A DNA stretch of 64,000 bases from Candidatus Spongiisociaceae bacterium. GTDB taxonomy: Bacteria > Actinomycetota > Acidimicrobiia > Spongiisociales > Spongiisociaceae. The notes beneath the pieces were generated by a model. It was given only the letters and a program-made list of their open reading frames with translations, was not told where the DNA came from and searched no databases. The position numbers and the translations under genes are program-made. The stretch lies in assembly GCA_965202665.1 (NCBI GenBank), contig OZ241841.1, positions 480,001 through 544,000 on the forward strand. The letters run 5' to 3'. The first letter of the stretch is position 1. Every line of letters starts with the position of its first letter. Below, piece after piece: positions 48,047 to 58,377 of this stretch.

Positions 48047-49501
48047 TCAAGTAAACGGCGCCTCCCGCCCGACCAGGTCCTCCGCCAAAGCGGCCAAGGT
48101 GAGGACTCCGAAGCCGGTGGCGCCTTTGGAGAAATAGTGCTCCTCGTCGGCGGTGCGGGGCCCGGCGATGTCCAAATGCGCCCACGGGACGTCCCCCGCG
48201 AACTCGGACAGTATCAGCCCGGCGGTCAGGGTTCCCGCCCACTTGCCGCCGATGTTTTTCATATCCGCAATCGGGGACTCCACCTGCTTGCGGTAATCGT
48301 CGGGCAGTGGAAGATGCCAGAACCGCTCCCCCAGCGGGGCCCCCAACTCCGCGATCCGCTTCACCAAAGCGTCGTTGTTGCCCATCGCCCCGGCGATCCC
48401 CAGACCCAGGGCCACCATGCATGCCCCGGTCAGGGTGGCGATGTCCACTATCACGTCCGGTTCCTGCTCCACCCCCAAGGCCAAGGCGTCGGCCAGCACC
48501 AGCCGGCCTTCGGCGTCGGTGTTGAGCACCTCGATGGTTTTGCCGTTGCGGGTGGTGAGCACATCGCCCGGTTTGGTGGCCAACGGCCCCGGCATATTGT
48601 CGGTGAGGGGGGTCAGTCCCAGCACTTTGACCGGGATTTCCCGCCGGGCGATGATCTGCATGGCCCCCAGCACCGCCGCCGCCCCCGACATGTCGGTTTT
48701 CATGTTTTCCATTCCGGCGGCGGTTTTGATGCTGAGACCGCCCGAATCAAAAGTGATTCCTTTGCCGACCAGCACCGCGAAGCCCTCCGCCTCCGCCGGT
48801 TCGTGCCACACCTCCAGCAACCGGGGCGGACGGCCGGAACCGGCCGCCACCCCCAGCACCCCCCCGAATCCCCCCTCCCGCAAAGAATCTTCGTCGTGCG
48901 TCACCACCCGCAACCCCAGCGGCCCGGCCAACTCCTCCACCCGCTCGGCGATGGCGGCCGGGGACTTGTCCCGGGCCGGGGTGTTGACCAGATCCCGGGC
49001 GAACATCACCGCCTCGGCGTTGATGCGGGCCCGCTCCGCCGCCGCCTCGTCCTCCGCTCCGACCAGCGACAGGGTTTCGGTGACCGCCGGTTCCGGATCG
49101 CTTTTGTAGTCGGTGAATGAATACTGGGAGAGCAGGAAGCCCTCCAGCAACGGCTGAAGGGGCCCGTCGGCGTCGGCCAGCAGGCGCACCCGGGGTTCGT
49201 TGCGGCTGCGGCGGCCCAGCATTCCGCCCGCCCGCCGGTATTGTTCCGGACCCGGATCGTCCCCCAGCCCGAGGGCGACCACGGTGTGGGGGGCGGGGAG
49301 CCCGGTGTGGTAGGAGAAGGCGGAGCCGGGCTTGCCGGTGAACTTCTCCCGTTGCAAGGCGTCGGTGAAAGCGGAGCCGAGCGAGTCGATGAGAGCGGCG
49401 GCGGACGGCGGCCATTCCAAGCCGGGCCCCACCGCCACCCCCGCCGTCCCCGCCGGCGGAACGTCCGGGGAAGAGCTGAATAAGATTTCCATGCGGTTCA
49501 T
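48047..49501 (-). CDS. pepA: Leucyl aminopeptidase (M17)
   Basis: VGKGITFDSGG, MKTDMSGAA, NTDAEGRL, ATLTGA, HLDIAG. Confidence 0.92.
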   Translation of the reverse strand: MNRMEILFSSSPDVPPAGTAGVAVGPGLEWPPSAAALIDSLGSAFTDALQREKFTGKPGSAFSYHTGLPAPHTVVALGLGDDPGPEQYRRAGGMLGRRSRNEPRVRLLADADGPLQPLLEGFLLSQYSFTDYKSDPEPAVTETLSLVGAEDEAAAERARINAEAVMFARDLVNTPARDKSPAAIAERVEELAGPLGLRVVTHDEDSLREGGFGGVLGVAAGSGRPPRLLEVWHEPAEAEGFAVLVGKGITFDSGGLSIKTAAGMENMKTDMSGAAAVLGAMQIIARREIPVKVLGLTPLTDNMPGPLATKPGDVLTTRNGKTIEVLNTDAEGRLVLADALALGVEQEPDVIVDIATLTGACMVALGLGIAGAMGNNDALVKRIAELGAPLGERFWHLPLPDDYRKQVESPIADMKNIGGKWAGTLTAGLILSEFAGDVPWAHLDIAGPRTADEEHYFSKGATGFGVLTLAALAEDLVGREAPFT

Positions 49502-49538
49502 TCTAAAGCAAACCGGCGGGCGTCCTGAATTACCTGTA

Positions 49539-50225
49539 TTAACCGAGGGCGAGGGTGCGTCCCAGGGCGGTGGAGCCGAGGGCGGTGAGGACCGCCAGGT
49601 AGCCGAGGCCGGTGGCGGCCATCACCCCCGTATAGGAAGGCTCGCCCAGGGCGAACCAGGTCCCGGCCATTAGCAGTGCGCTCACCGCCGCCAACGCAAA
49701 GAAGGCGGTCAGCGGCAACGGGCCGCCCTCCAAACCCGCCCACAACCCCAGCAGCAACGCGTCCAAGATTACCCCGGCCGCGCCCCCCAGGCTGAGGGCC
49801 CGCAACGCCCAGCGGGGGATGCGCGGGCTGACCAGGTACCAGTGGCCGAGCAACATTCCCACGGTGATCCCGCCCAGGGCCGCCGCTCCGGTCACCGCCG
49901 CCGCCGCCTGCGCCGCCCCCGAACCCAGCAACATGGCCCGGGCCGCCAAAAACACCGCCGCCGAACCCAAACCGGCCGTAGTCCAAGAAGGGTGGCGCCC
50001 CCCCGCCAAAGCGGCCGCGGCCGCCGCTATTCCCAGCGCGGCCAGCGGATGCGGGTCGAAAAACCAAGCCCCGGAGCCGATGAGGATGACCACCGCCGCC
50101 CCCAGCCGGTGGTAGACGTGTCCCACAATCCGCCACCAAGCCACCGCCGCCCCCGCCCCGGCCGTACCCGCCGCCCACACCGCCAAGAGCAAACCGGGGC
50201 TGAAAACCGTTTCCGAACCGAACAC
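49539..50225 (-). CDS. Hypothetical integral membrane protein
   Basis: Multiple TMs; MLLGHWYLV and VMAATGL.YLA segments. Confidence 0.6.
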   Translation of the reverse strand: MFGSETVFSPGLLLAVWAAGTAGAGAAVAWWRIVGHVYHRLGAAVVILIGSGAWFFDPHPLAALGIAAAAAALAGGRHPSWTTAGLGSAAVFLAARAMLLGSGAAQAAAAVTGAAALGGITVGMLLGHWYLVSPRIPRWALRALSLGGAAGVILDALLLGLWAGLEGGPLPLTAFFALAAVSALLMAGTWFALGEPSYTGVMAATGLGYLAVLTALGSTALGRTLALG

Positions 50226-50297
50226 GCTCTCCCCGTACCGATGGATAAGCCGTAGCTAGTATAAAGCCCGTCAGCCCGTTCCGACCGAAAGGCCGTC

Positions 50298-51281
50298 TTG
50301 CCCCCCTCCCCCGCCCCTCCGGTGTCGGTCATCATGGCGGTGCGCAACGAAGCCGCCTGCCTTGAAGAAACCCTTGATTCCATCTTCGCCCAGGACTATC
50401 CGGGGGAGATGGAGGTGATCGCCGCCGACGGGGGGAGCGCCGACGGCACCCGGGAAATCTTGGAGAAGCGGGCCGAGCGGGAACCCCGCCTGCGGGTGGT
50501 GGACAACCCGGACCGGTCGGCGGCGGCCGGATTGAACCGGGCTTTGGCGGCCGGGCGGGGGGAGGTGGTGGTTCGCTGCGACGGCCGCAGCCGGTTGCCC
50601 GCCGACTACGTGAGATTGGCGACGGCCGTTTTGGCGGAGACGGGGGCGGTCAACGTGGGGGGGCGGCAAGAAGCCCGGGGGGACTCCCCGCTGACCGAGG
50701 CGGCGGCCATCGCCCTCGCCTCGCCCTTCGGAATGGGCAACTCCCGCTTCCGTTACGGAACCCGGCCGGGCCCGGCCGACACCGTCTACCTGGGGGTGTT
50801 TCGCCGCGCGGCGCTGCAGGAGGCGGGGGGTTTCGACCCGCAGCTGGACCGCAACCAGGACTACGAACTGAACTACCGCCTGCGCCGGGCGGGGGGGACG
50901 GTGTGGTTCGACCCCCGCCTGCGTGCCGCCTACCTTCCCCGTCGCACCTTGGGGGGCCTGTGGAGGCAGTTTTTCGACTACGGGCGGGGCAAGCGGGCCG
51001 TCCTGCGGCGCCATCCCCGTTCCCTGGCCCTCCGCCAACTGGCCCCGCCGCTGTTGGTCGCCGGCCTGCTGGTCTCCGCCCTGCTTCCCTTTTTCGGGGC
51101 CGGGTGGCGGGCGGCGGCCCTCCCCCTCCTCTACGCCGGGTTTTTGGCGACGGCGGCCGGGGTGGAGGCCGTTCGCCGCCGCGCCCGGCGCGGAATGCTC
51201 CTGCCGGTGGTGCTGGCCGTCATGCATGTGGCGTGGGGGACCGGTTTCCTGTTCGGCCCCGCCCGGTTCAGTCCCAAATGA
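50298..51281 (+). CDS. GT2 glycosyltransferase (ExoA-like)
   Basis: SVIMAVRNEA, DGGSADGT, RCDG, RNQDYELNYRL; C-terminal TMs. Confidence 0.88.
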   Translation: MPPSPAPPVSVIMAVRNEAACLEETLDSIFAQDYPGEMEVIAADGGSADGTREILEKRAEREPRLRVVDNPDRSAAAGLNRALAAGRGEVVVRCDGRSRLPADYVRLATAVLAETGAVNVGGRQEARGDSPLTEAAAIALASPFGMGNSRFRYGTRPGPADTVYLGVFRRAALQEAGGFDPQLDRNQDYELNYRLRRAGGTVWFDPRLRAAYLPRRTLGGLWRQFFDYGRGKRAVLRRHPRSLALRQLAPPLLVAGLLVSALLPFFGAGWRAAALPLLYAGFLATAAGVEAVRRRARRGMLLPVVLAVMHVAWGTGFLFGPARFSPK

Positions 51282-53466
51282 AGGCCCGGGCCAGGAAAGT
51301 GGCCATCTGCCCCCTGGTCACCGGGTCGTCCGGGCAGAAGTTGTTGCCGTCTTCGCATCCCTGGGTGATTTCCCGGTAGGCGATGGCGGCGATCTCCCGT
51401 TCCCGGGGGTGGCCGTCCGGCACGTCGAAGAAATGTCCGGTTTCCACGTTGGCTATGTCCAACTCCAGGGCGCGGGCTAAGAACTGGGCCATGGTGGCCC
51501 GGGTGACCGGCTCGTCCGGACAGTAGGTGGTCCCGCTCCGGCAACCGTCGGTCAGCCCCCTGGTGGCGATGGCGTAAATGGATTCGCTGTGGGTGTGGTC
51601 CGGGTTTACGTCTTGGAACTCCCAAAGGCCGTCCACCGCGTCAAACCGGGGCAGGTTCATTACCCGGGTGAGGAAAGCGGCCATCTGCCCGCGGGTGACC
51701 GGCAGGTTGGGGCAGAAGTTGCCCTGCCCGCACCCTTTGGTGATTTCCCGCACTGCGATCTCTTCGATGGCCCGGGCGTGCGCCGAGTCGGATATGTCGG
51801 CGAAGCGCGCCGCTTCCCCCTCCTCTTCTTCCTCTTCTTCTTCCTCGCCGGGCTCGGGCTCCTCCTCGGCGGCGGGGTCCTCCCCTTCCTCCGGTTCCTC
51901 CCCGTCCGGTTGGCCCTCCCCCTCCTCCTCCGGTTGCTCCTCCTCGTCCGGGTCGGGATCCTCTTCTTCTGCCGGGGGCGGGTCGGCGGGCGGGTCGGCG
52001 GGGGGATCCGGTTCGGGGGGCGGTTGCGGGGCTTCCCCGTCGATGCCGGTCACCACCGACGACTTAAGACCCAGGGTGGTGTCCAGCCAGGCCCCGGCTA
52101 CGGTGATAGTCACCTCCCGATCGTCGTCGCGCCCGTCGAAGCGCACCGTGGCCGGGGCGCGCACGGTGGGGGCGGTCACCAAAGTGGCGTCGTTCACCTC
52201 GTCCCAACCCAGCAGGCGGGCGATGGTGGAAGCGGACACCACTTTGCTCCACTGGGCGTGCGGGTTGTTTAAAGAAGGCGCCACGGACCATGGGTCGTCC
52301 ACCGAATTCAGATAGGGCCACTGGGTGATGGAAGGCCGGCGCCCGTTCCATTCGGTGAAAAACCCGTATACGTTGCTGTTGGTCAGGCCCCCCGAGGAGG
52401 TGGAGAAAAAGGCCTGGATGATTCCGCCCCTGGTAACCCGCTCCCAATTTTCCCCGGTGTAGGAGAGCACCCGTCCGCTGGTAGCGGTCACCGCGTTCTG
52501 CCAGGCCTCCCCGCCCCGCAGCCCCTCCTTGGCCCACCCGATGTACACCATGTCCCGGGTGCTGTCGTACAGGTGGCACCAGCATTGGTCCCGGCGGCTG
52601 AGGCCGATGCCGGGATCGCTTTCCAGGTCGGGCGGGCGGGGCTGCACGTCCTGTTGGAAGAAGCGGAAGGCGGCGTAGGAGCGGGCGGCGATCACCAAGG
52701 CTTCGTTGACCCCCCGCTCCCCCCACCGGATTTCGTTCACCCCTTTCAAGTATTCCTCCAAAGACAGGGAAAGCACCACGTGGAAACCCACCTGGACCGG
52801 ATCGTCCCGCATGCGCAACGTCCCGTAGCGGTATTCACATTCCAGGCTGGCCGGGATCAGACAGGGTTTGGTGCGGTCCTCCCCGTGCCGCACCACTACC
52901 CCATCCGCCTCCGGCCAGGAAGCCGAGGCCCGGCACTCCCCCGAATTGCCCTGTTGCTCCCCGTTTAGAAAAAAGGCGCACACGCCCCTGCTCAGCCGTC
53001 GGAACTCCCACCGCTCCCCTTCCTGCGGGCTCTCCGGTTTGGGACAGGGGCCCGACCCGTCGCCGGCGTGGCACAGTTCCAACGGACCGCCCACCGCGGT
53101 GAACTCCAGAATGGTCACCTCCGACACCAGGTTCACCCACAGGGGGGCGTCCAGTTCGGTCAGGTGGTCTTTGGGCAGGGTCAGATCCGACAGGGAAGCG
53201 ACCTGGGAACCGGGATAGTAAAAGGCGGCTATGTCCTCGCCGGATTTTTCCGGGTCGGCGATGGCCTGGCCCCGCGCCCCCCACTGGCTCAACCCCACCC
53301 CGTGCCCGTAGCCCGACCCTTCGAAGGTGAAATCCTCCTGGGCGGAGGCGGAGCCCGCCGACAACGCCAGCAACATCAACGCCGCCGCCGCCAAACCCGC
53401 TAAACCCCAGCCCGGCCCGGCGGGGCCGAAATGCGGGCGGTTTGACTTTCCGGCCCTTTCGTCCAT
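51268..53466 (-). CDS. SpoIID/LytB-domain protein with acidic linker and three SLH-like repeats
   Basis: Signal peptide; GYGHGVGLSQWGA, EEYLKGVNE, IAARSYA, LYDST..MVY, FFSTSSGG.T; E/D/P-rich linker; three GC...CP...VTR.QMA.FL-type repeats. Confidence 0.85.
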   Translation of the reverse strand: MDERAGKSNRPHFGPAGPGWGLAGLAAAALMLLALSAGSASAQEDFTFEGSGYGHGVGLSQWGARGQAIADPEKSGEDIAAFYYPGSQVASLSDLTLPKDHLTELDAPLWVNLVSEVTILEFTAVGGPLELCHAGDGSGPCPKPESPQEGERWEFRRLSRGVCAFFLNGEQQGNSGECRASASWPEADGVVVRHGEDRTKPCLIPASLECEYRYGTLRMRDDPVQVGFHVVLSLSLEEYLKGVNEIRWGERGVNEALVIAARSYAAFRFFQQDVQPRPPDLESDPGIGLSRRDQCWCHLYDSTRDMVYIGWAKEGLRGGEAWQNAVTATSGRVLSYTGENWERVTRGGIIQAFFSTSSGGLTNSNVYGFFTEWNGRRPSITQWPYLNSVDDPWSVAPSLNNPHAQWSKVVSASTIARLLGWDEVNDATLVTAPTVRAPATVRFDGRDDDREVTITVAGAWLDTTLGLKSSVVTGIDGEAPQPPPEPDPPADPPADPPPAEEEDPDPDEEEQPEEEGEGQPDGEEPEEGEDPAAEEEPEPGEEEEEEEEEGEAARFADISDSAHARAIEEIAVREITKGCGQGNFCPNLPVTRGQMAAFLTRVMNLPRFDAVDGLWEFQDVNPDHTHSESIYAIATRGLTDGCRSGTTYCPDEPVTRATMAQFLARALELDIANVETGHFFDVPDGHPREREIAAIAYREITQGCEDGNNFCPDDPVTRGQMATFLARAFIWD

Positions 53467-53623
53467 CAGGTTCGCAACTCCTCGCCGCGATCGTCAAAGG
53501 GCGTACAGCCCGTTTGCAACCAACCTTTGCGCTTTGCGCCAAAATCAATGGCCTGCGCACCGCCCGTCGCTATTATATTACCGCCCGGAAATAATGTGAA
53601 ACCCCGCGTCCCCGGCGGATGGG

Positions 53624-56542
53624 TTAGAAGGCGGAGCCGATGCCGGCCATGGCCAAATTCAGGCCGTGGCGCATGTCGTCGGCTTGGTCCAGGAAATACC
53701 GATCCCCGGTTTCCCAAGTGTGGCCTTGGCCGTGGCGCATCAGCATGTAACCCGAGCCGTGCGTGCGGTAGACCAGGCCCCCCTCCCGCTCCGCGTCTTC
53801 GATGAGGGCCCGGTCCACCCCGCGGGGAACGTTGCGCCATCCGCCGATGTCCCGCAGGTCCTGGCGGGAAATCAGCATCGCCCCTCCGCCGATGGTGGTG
53901 GAATAAGACTCCCCCCGGCCCGCGAAGCGGTGAATGGTCTTGTCCGAGGAGGCCAGGTAAACGTACTCGGCCCCTTTGCCCGTCACCTGGGCGCGGGAAA
54001 ACTCGTGGGCCAGAACCAGATCCCAGACATGTTCGCCGTCGTACAGATCATCGTCGTCCATTTTGGTCAACAGGTCGCCGCCCGCCGCCTGCGAGGCCAG
54101 GTTCAACACCTCCCCCAGCACCAGGTCTTCCCCGGCCGGCACCGCCGTTACCGGAAAGCCCAGCCGGGCCGACCATTCCCCATCGTCCGCGTCCTCAAAT
54201 CCGTCTCCGTGGCAGGCCAGGATCAGTTCCAAACGGGGATAGGTCTGGTCGGCGGCCGCCCGCAGCACATCCGGCAAACGGTCGGGGCGCATGGTGGCCG
54301 CCACTATGGAAACCGCCGGCCAGACCGGTTTGTCCAGGCCGGCCGCCCCGGCCGCCTGACGGGCCCGGCTGCGCAGCGAATGGTCGCGCAAGGCCAGCCG
54401 GCGCAGGCGGATGCTGAGCGACTCCCGCAAGCGGGGATGGGCGTTGCGGATGGCCCCGCCCGTCATCAACCCGTACAATTCGCCTCCCAGCAGTCCTTCC
54501 AGAACCGGGTCGCCGTCCAGCACGTCCACCACCACCCCCGCCCCGGCTAAAGCGGCCAGGACGGCCGCCCGGTCGTGCGCCGAACGGTGAAACCGGTCCA
54601 CATCCACTGCATGGTGCGCCTGGCCCAACGTCAGGTAATCATCTCCGTCCGCCTCCAAGTCGGCCCCGTAATCCTCCGGCAGCCGTTCTTTGGGACCCAG
54701 GGCGGCGATGACGTCCCGGCATTCCCGCACCCAGCCGATGGGGTTGATCCGCCCGGAGTCGAAGGCGGGGGTGGACATATGGGCGGGTTGCTCCGCCAAA
54801 ACCACCACCGGGACGTCGGCGCCCGCCGGGGGTTGTTCATCGGCCAGGATCACATCCGCCCCGCCGCTTCCCAGCCAGGCCGACACCCGGTCGGAGGAGG
54901 CGAACACGGCCGCCGCCATCCCCCCGGAGTGGGCGATTTCGACGCCCAGATCGTCATCGGCCCGTTTGCCGGCCGGGGCCCGTTCCGGCCCGGGGGAAAA
55001 GCGCCGGTCGGACTTGGATTCGGCCGGGTTGTACCGGTTTCGGAAGCGGGATTGCCCGACCAGGCGCCACCGCACCGCGTCCAGCAACCAGCGCAGGAAC
55101 CACCACGCCTGGCGGGGGCTGCGCACCTGTTTCAACTCCCGCAGGAGCCGCCCTCCCATGGCGCGCAACCGCAGCAACCGGCGCCGCAACGGCCCCCGGG
55201 GGCCGGGGCGGACCGCCAGGGCTTCCGCCCGGCGGCGGCTGATGGTGACCACTTCGCCCAACTCGGACAGATCCAAACCGGCCCGGGCCGCCCGGTGCCG
55301 GGCCCAGCCCCGGGTGATGGAGACGCCGGAGCCGTCCGACAGGACCGCCTGCGCCCGCACCCCGAATCCCAGTTCCTCCCGCAACATGGCCACCAGCCCC
55401 CAGCGGTTGTATCCGGCCGGGATATTAATGTGGAAGGCGGCGTCGGGAAAGGCGGCGAAGGCCCCGCCCGGAGGGCCGAACTCCACCCGCGGGTCGGGTT
55501 CCAGTTGGCGGCGCAGCCACGGAAACCAGGGGTCTTCCTCCCGCTCCTCCACCCATACCACCAGGTCGTGAACGGCTCCTCCCAGAATTTTTTCCGCCGT
55601 CTCCAAAATCACCCCCGCCGAGGCCCGGCCCGGTTCGATGGTCACCGTGTACTGGGGGACGGTGAAACTGCGGCCGGGGGCGGTGGAGCGAAAGGTGTAG
55701 TGGGCGATCAGGTGGGAAATTTTGGCCCGCTGCTCCTCCAAGCTCCGCTTCTCGTCCGGGCTGGTCCCCTCCAAGCCGTCCTGATGCCAGCAGTGGGCTT
55801 CCCGCACCGGAATGAACAACCCGCCCTTCACAAAGGCCCGGTATCCGAATTCGGTGTCCTCCGCCCCCCACTGGGTGAAAGACTCGTCGAACCCGCCCGC
55901 CGTTTCGAAAAAATCTTTGCCCACTCCGAAGTTGCCGCCGGTCAGCACCCGGAAAATATCATCGGCCCGGGAAGTGAGTTCGTTGGTGCGGGCCATGTGG
56001 TATTCGATCCATTCCGGGCGGTACATTTTGCGGCCCGCGAACAGGTCCGCCAAAGAACCGCCCCGGCCCCGGATGTCGTCCGCGGCAGTGTCCGCCATTT
56101 CCACGTGGGTGCGGAAACCGAGGGTGAGAACATCGGTGAACTGGTGATGCCAGCGGGCGTGGGCGGCCATCCATCCCGCTTCCGGCATCATGTCGCAGTC
56201 CAGAAAAAGCAGGATGCCGTGCTCGGCTTCCCGGGCTCCGCGGTTGCGGGCCCGGGCCAGCCCGAAGCCCCGGTCCTCCTGGTGGACCACCCGCGCGGCG
56301 AGCGGGGTTTTCGGAGGGGGCAGGGGATCGGCGGAACCGTCGTCCACGATCACCACCTCGAACAGCTCCCGGGGATAAGTCTGCGTTTCCAGGGCGGCCA
56401 ACGTTGATTGCACCGCCTGCGGGGCTTCGTAATAGGGCATTATCACCGACACCGGCAGAACCGGTTGGAAGTCGGACAACGGGGGCAACTCCACTTTGCG
56501 CCAGTCGTTGCCTTTGAGATTGTTGGGACGGGGAGTGGTCAA
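53624..56542 (-). CDS. Large multi-domain GT2 glycosyltransferase
   Basis: N-terminal VIVDDGS/FLDCDM/WGAEDTE domain and C-terminal TKMDDDDLY domain. TTG 56542 with AGGAG RBS. Confidence 0.82.
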   Translation of the reverse strand: MTTPRPNNLKGNDWRKVELPPLSDFQPVLPVSVIMPYYEAPQAVQSTLAALETQTYPRELFEVVIVDDGSADPLPPPKTPLAARVVHQEDRGFGLARARNRGAREAEHGILLFLDCDMMPEAGWMAAHARWHHQFTDVLTLGFRTHVEMADTAADDIRGRGGSLADLFAGRKMYRPEWIEYHMARTNELTSRADDIFRVLTGGNFGVGKDFFETAGGFDESFTQWGAEDTEFGYRAFVKGGLFIPVREAHCWHQDGLEGTSPDEKRSLEEQRAKISHLIAHYTFRSTAPGRSFTVPQYTVTIEPGRASAGVILETAEKILGGAVHDLVVWVEEREEDPWFPWLRRQLEPDPRVEFGPPGGAFAAFPDAAFHINIPAGYNRWGLVAMLREELGFGVRAQAVLSDGSGVSITRGWARHRAARAGLDLSELGEVVTISRRRAEALAVRPGPRGPLRRRLLRLRAMGGRLLRELKQVRSPRQAWWFLRWLLDAVRWRLVGQSRFRNRYNPAESKSDRRFSPGPERAPAGKRADDDLGVEIAHSGGMAAAVFASSDRVSAWLGSGGADVILADEQPPAGADVPVVVLAEQPAHMSTPAFDSGRINPIGWVRECRDVIAALGPKERLPEDYGADLEADGDDYLTLGQAHHAVDVDRFHRSAHDRAAVLAALAGAGVVVDVLDGDPVLEGLLGGELYGLMTGGAIRNAHPRLRESLSIRLRRLALRDHSLRSRARQAAGAAGLDKPVWPAVSIVAATMRPDRLPDVLRAAADQTYPRLELILACHGDGFEDADDGEWSARLGFPVTAVPAGEDLVLGEVLNLASQAAGGDLLTKMDDDDLYDGEHVWDLVLAHEFSRAQVTGKGAEYVYLASSDKTIHRFAGRGESYSTTIGGGAMLISRQDLRDIGGWRNVPRGVDRALIEDAEREGGLVYRTHGSGYMLMRHGQGHTWETGDRYFLDQADDMRHGLNLAMAGIGSAF

Positions 56543-56663
56543 GACTGCTCCTAAATCGGGACATCGCCGTTGAGGGAGGGAAGGCGGTTGCGAACCACCG
56601 GGCGGCAACGGCATTATATACCGCCGCCCCCCCGCCTCCGGCATCCTCCCCGGGGCCCGCCCG

Positions 56664-58136
56664 TCAGCCGGTCAAGGTCCGGCCCGCCAACAGGCGGTAA
56701 CGGCCCGCGGCTCCCTCCGCGGATTGCAAAGCCCGGTCGGGGATGAAATCGGGGGTCCGGTCCGTCCGCACTATCACCAGATCCCCGGGTTCCACCAAAG
56801 GCAGCCGCTCCTCCCGCAGGGGCCACACCGGGGCGTCCAAGTAGTAGGAGGCCCAGCGGGCGGTGGAAACGCCGGGGGCGGCCCACACTTTGCCGGGGGG
56901 CGGGACGGGGGAAACGCCCTGCAGAACCTCCCCGGCCGCCGCCGGTTCGGTCAGAAACTGCGACCGCACCGGGCCGGCGAAGGTCCCGTAGAGGGAGACG
57001 GCCAGCGCCGCCCCGGCCAGCAGGGCCGCCGCCAGGGAAACCCGGCCCGGCGCCCAGCGCCGGAGGCGGTCCAAACCGGCCCCCAGGCCGATGGTTACCG
57101 GGGCCAACCAGGGGAAGTTCCACAGCAGATGCACCCACGCCCCCTGTTGCAAACCGAAGGTCCAACCGGCCGCCACCCCCAGCGTAATGAGGACCGGGAG
57201 GCGGGTGCGGCGGTCGGCGATCCCGGCCAGCAGGGCAAAAGGGGCGATGGCCCGGAACCAGGCCGGGGTGAGCCTTCCCGCGAAGTCCCACTGCCGGGAC
57301 AGGAACTCCCCCAGCGTGAAGCGGGCGGTGTCGGTGCGCCCGGCCACCACCTCCCCCAGTTCGGACACCGGGGTGGCCGCCAGAATCCACCCGGCGGTGA
57401 GGGCCGCCCCGGCCGCCGCCCCGGCCGCAACCCACCAGGTGACCGGCGACCAGCGCCGCCGGGCGAACAGCCAGAGAACCAACAGGCCCATGGCGGCCAT
57501 GGCGATCCAGGACTGCATGGCGGTCAACGCGGCCAGCGCCCCGGCCCCGGCCGTCATCCAGCGGGGCGGGTCGTCCCGTTCCCGCAGGTAGGCGATGGCC
57601 GCGGCCGCGGCGACTATCAGTGAAAACCCGGCCCCCATCCGCCCGTAGATGAAAAAGAAACCGGTGACGGCCATGGAGCCCACCGCCAAATGCACCGCCC
57701 CCCACCCCACGCCCAGGTTGCGCAGCAGGGCCGCCATGCCCAGCAGGGCGACCATGCCCATCCCGAAGCCGAAGGTCCGCAAAGCGGCCGGGTGGTCCCC
57801 CAGGACGCCCACCGCGGCGATGGAGGCGAAAATCTGCAACGGGGGGTGGTGGGCGTAGGTGACCGCCGCCGCCGGGGGTTCCCCGCCCGGTTCCACCGCG
57901 AACTCGGAGCGGATGTAAGGGTCTATCCGGGCTCCGAACTCGGACTCCGCCGGGCCCAACTCCCAGAAGTTGCGGGCTTGCAACCCGAAGCGGGCCAGGA
58001 TGCGTCCCTCGTCGCTATCCCCCAACGGCAGGTTCAGGTCGGGGGCCCAGAAAACCAGCACCGCCAGGGCTATCAGGACGCACGCCGTCCACCCCGACCG
58101 CAATCGGGCCGGGAAACGGGCGGCCAGGCTTCTCAT
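56664..58136 (-). CDS. Multi-pass membrane protein, GT-C (ArnT/PMT-like) glycosyltransferase candidate
   Basis: First TM followed by DSDEG loop and YAHHPPL; about 10 TMs; sits next to a Dol-P-Man-synthase-like GT2. Confidence 0.55.
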   Translation of the reverse strand: MRSLAARFPARLRSGWTACVLIALAVLVFWAPDLNLPLGDSDEGRILARFGLQARNFWELGPAESEFGARIDPYIRSEFAVEPGGEPPAAAVTYAHHPPLQIFASIAAVGVLGDHPAALRTFGFGMGMVALLGMAALLRNLGVGWGAVHLAVGSMAVTGFFFIYGRMGAGFSLIVAAAAAIAYLRERDDPPRWMTAGAGALAALTAMQSWIAMAAMGLLVLWLFARRRWSPVTWWVAAGAAAGAALTAGWILAATPVSELGEVVAGRTDTARFTLGEFLSRQWDFAGRLTPAWFRAIAPFALLAGIADRRTRLPVLITLGVAAGWTFGLQQGAWVHLLWNFPWLAPVTIGLGAGLDRLRRWAPGRVSLAAALLAGAALAVSLYGTFAGPVRSQFLTEPAAAGEVLQGVSPVPPPGKVWAAPGVSTARWASYYLDAPVWPLREERLPLVEPGDLVIVRTDRTPDFIPDRALQSAEGAAGRYRLLAGRTLTG

Positions 58137-58377
58137 AACGGCATTGTACGCACGACCGCCGCCGTTGCCCGCCCACTCAGGTAACCTAGAAGGCGCAACC
58201 GCCGCTCCCCCAGTCCGCCGGCCCGGCCCGATCGTTTCCCGGAAAACGGATGTTGATCCGTCCCATCGCCGCCTCCCAAAGGAAGAAACAATGCCCGCCA
58301 TGAAAACACCCGCCGCGCCGGCTTGTCGCAGGAACCTCCTACGATAAGACTTATGCCCATGCGCCCCCTGTCCGCTG

